NCBI RefSeq assembly: GCF_006345805.1
Contig: NC_043020.1
Coordinates: forward strand, 8,494,001 to 8,558,000
DNA length: 64,000 bases
DNA from: Octopus sinensis
Taxonomy: Eukaryota
Reading direction: 5' to 3'
Below the pieces are notes generated by a model, which was not told where the DNA came from, ran no database searches, and was given only the letters and a program-made list of their open reading frames with translations. Positions 62,603-64,000 of this stretch are shown piece after piece. Within the stretch, counting starts at the first letter, position 1. Each line of letters begins with the position of its first letter. The position numbers and the translations under genes were made by a program.

Positions 62603-63110
62603 ATTGACTAGTCTCCTCCCTCAAAATTTCAGGCCCTGTGCCTTTAGTAGAAAAGATTATCATTATTAAGGTGGTGAGCTGGCAGAATGGTTAGCACACC
62701 AGAAAAAAACACTTAGTGGCATTTGAGCCATCTTTACATTCTGAGTTCAAATTCTGCCAAGGTCGACTTTGCTTTTCATCCGTTTGGGGTTGATGAAATA
62801 AGTACCAGTTACATACTAGGGTTGATATAATCGACCAGCCCCCTCCCCCACAATTTCAGGCCTTGTGCCTACTATGATAAAAAGGATTATTATTATCATC
62901 ATTATTAAGGGTTAGCACACCAAACAAAACGCTTAGTGGCATTTGAGCCATCTTTACATTCTGAGTTCAAATTCTGGCAGGGTCATCTTTACTTTTCATC
63001 CATTTGGGCTTGATGAAAATAGTACCAGTTACATACTGGGGTTGATATAACCGACTATCCTCTCCCGCCAAATTCCAGGCCTTGTGCCTACAGAAGAAAA
63101 GATTATCATC
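62603..63110 (+). mobile_element. Head-to-tail chain of family B SINE variants
   Basis: Tail-(att)n-aaggtggtgagctggcagaat junctions. Confidence 0.85.
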
Positions 63111-64000
63111 CTTTCTTCTATTAATAAAATCATCCTATTAATTTTCTTAATTTTGGTCATTTGGTTTGCTAGAAATAGGAGCAAAATCACCCTTAAACTG
63201 TACCTGAATGTCTTAAGGGGGTCCATAAAGTCCATATGTGCAATGCTACAAAACTACTAAATTCCTAAGCTTGAACAATTAGAATTGATAGAGAATACAA
63301 TTTCTCAACAAAATGGTGCATCTTGTCACTTTGCTCTGCAAGTTAGGGAATTTCTCATTTCTCATTTAGAAATTCCCTAACAGATATATATATATATATA
63401 TATATAGAAACACTGTCAAATCAGACTGGAGCCTGGTGCAGCCTCCATGGCTTCCCAGACCCCGGTCGAACCGTCTAACCCATGCTAGCATGGAAAACGG
63501 ACGTTAAATGATGATGATGATGATGGATTGGAAAAAGTGGCCGACACTTTCTCCAGATTTGACTCGATTAATGATGTGAGTTCAAATCTGACTGAGGTGG
63601 ACTGTGCTTTTCATTCCTTTTGGGCCAATAAAATAAAGTAGCAATCAAGTATCCAAGTTGATGGAATCAACAAACCTCCAGTCTTCAGAATCGTTAGTAG
63701 CCTTGAGACTGAATTAGAAACTTCAGGCTGTATTCACTTTGAGATTTGTTGTTAAATGACTTGTTTATGGGAAAAGAAGGGTTAGGATAGGAAGAAAGGT
63801 TTAAAAGACCATAAATTAACCCTTTAGCATTTAACCCTTTAGCATTTAAACTGGCCATATCCGGCCAAAAGTATTCTGCCTGTTTTATGTTCAAACTGGC
63901 CAGATCTAGTCTCTCACACTAACCCTACAATGTTGTTTTAAAAATTAATAGTTACCTCATCAAAATCTCATAGCTACAAGAGAATGCATGATTAGTTCAA

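Overview
AT-rich, microsatellite-dense animal DNA. The repeat families suggest a coleoid cephalopod, probably Octopus (inference). There are two host genes. One is an ELK1/3/4 (TCF)-subfamily ETS factor on the + strand, with its main coding exon at 39129-40300 and predicted in-phase upstream exons at 33322-33444 and possibly 9743-9814. The other is the last coding exon of COMMD7 on the - strand (61865-61941), which the ORF track misses. Most of the rest is mobile DNA: at least four tRNA-derived SINE families, mariner elements and MITEs, hAT-like and Harbinger-like MITEs, two Helitrons, and remnants of Penelope-like, CR1/L2-like and RTE elements. A 5S rRNA pseudogene, two tandem duplications and a 100-N gap are also present. 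The main unexplained signal is a set of about eight hammerhead-ribozyme (HHR) motifs, most with palindromic stem III, many inside fold-back elements. The two best are a 752-bp TIR-bounded element holding six hairpin repeats and an intact HHR (28680-29431), and a 177-bp fold-back with an HHR core on each strand (37141-37317). The latter has a relative at 53876-54083 showing compensatory stem changes. All alignments and folds were done by eye.
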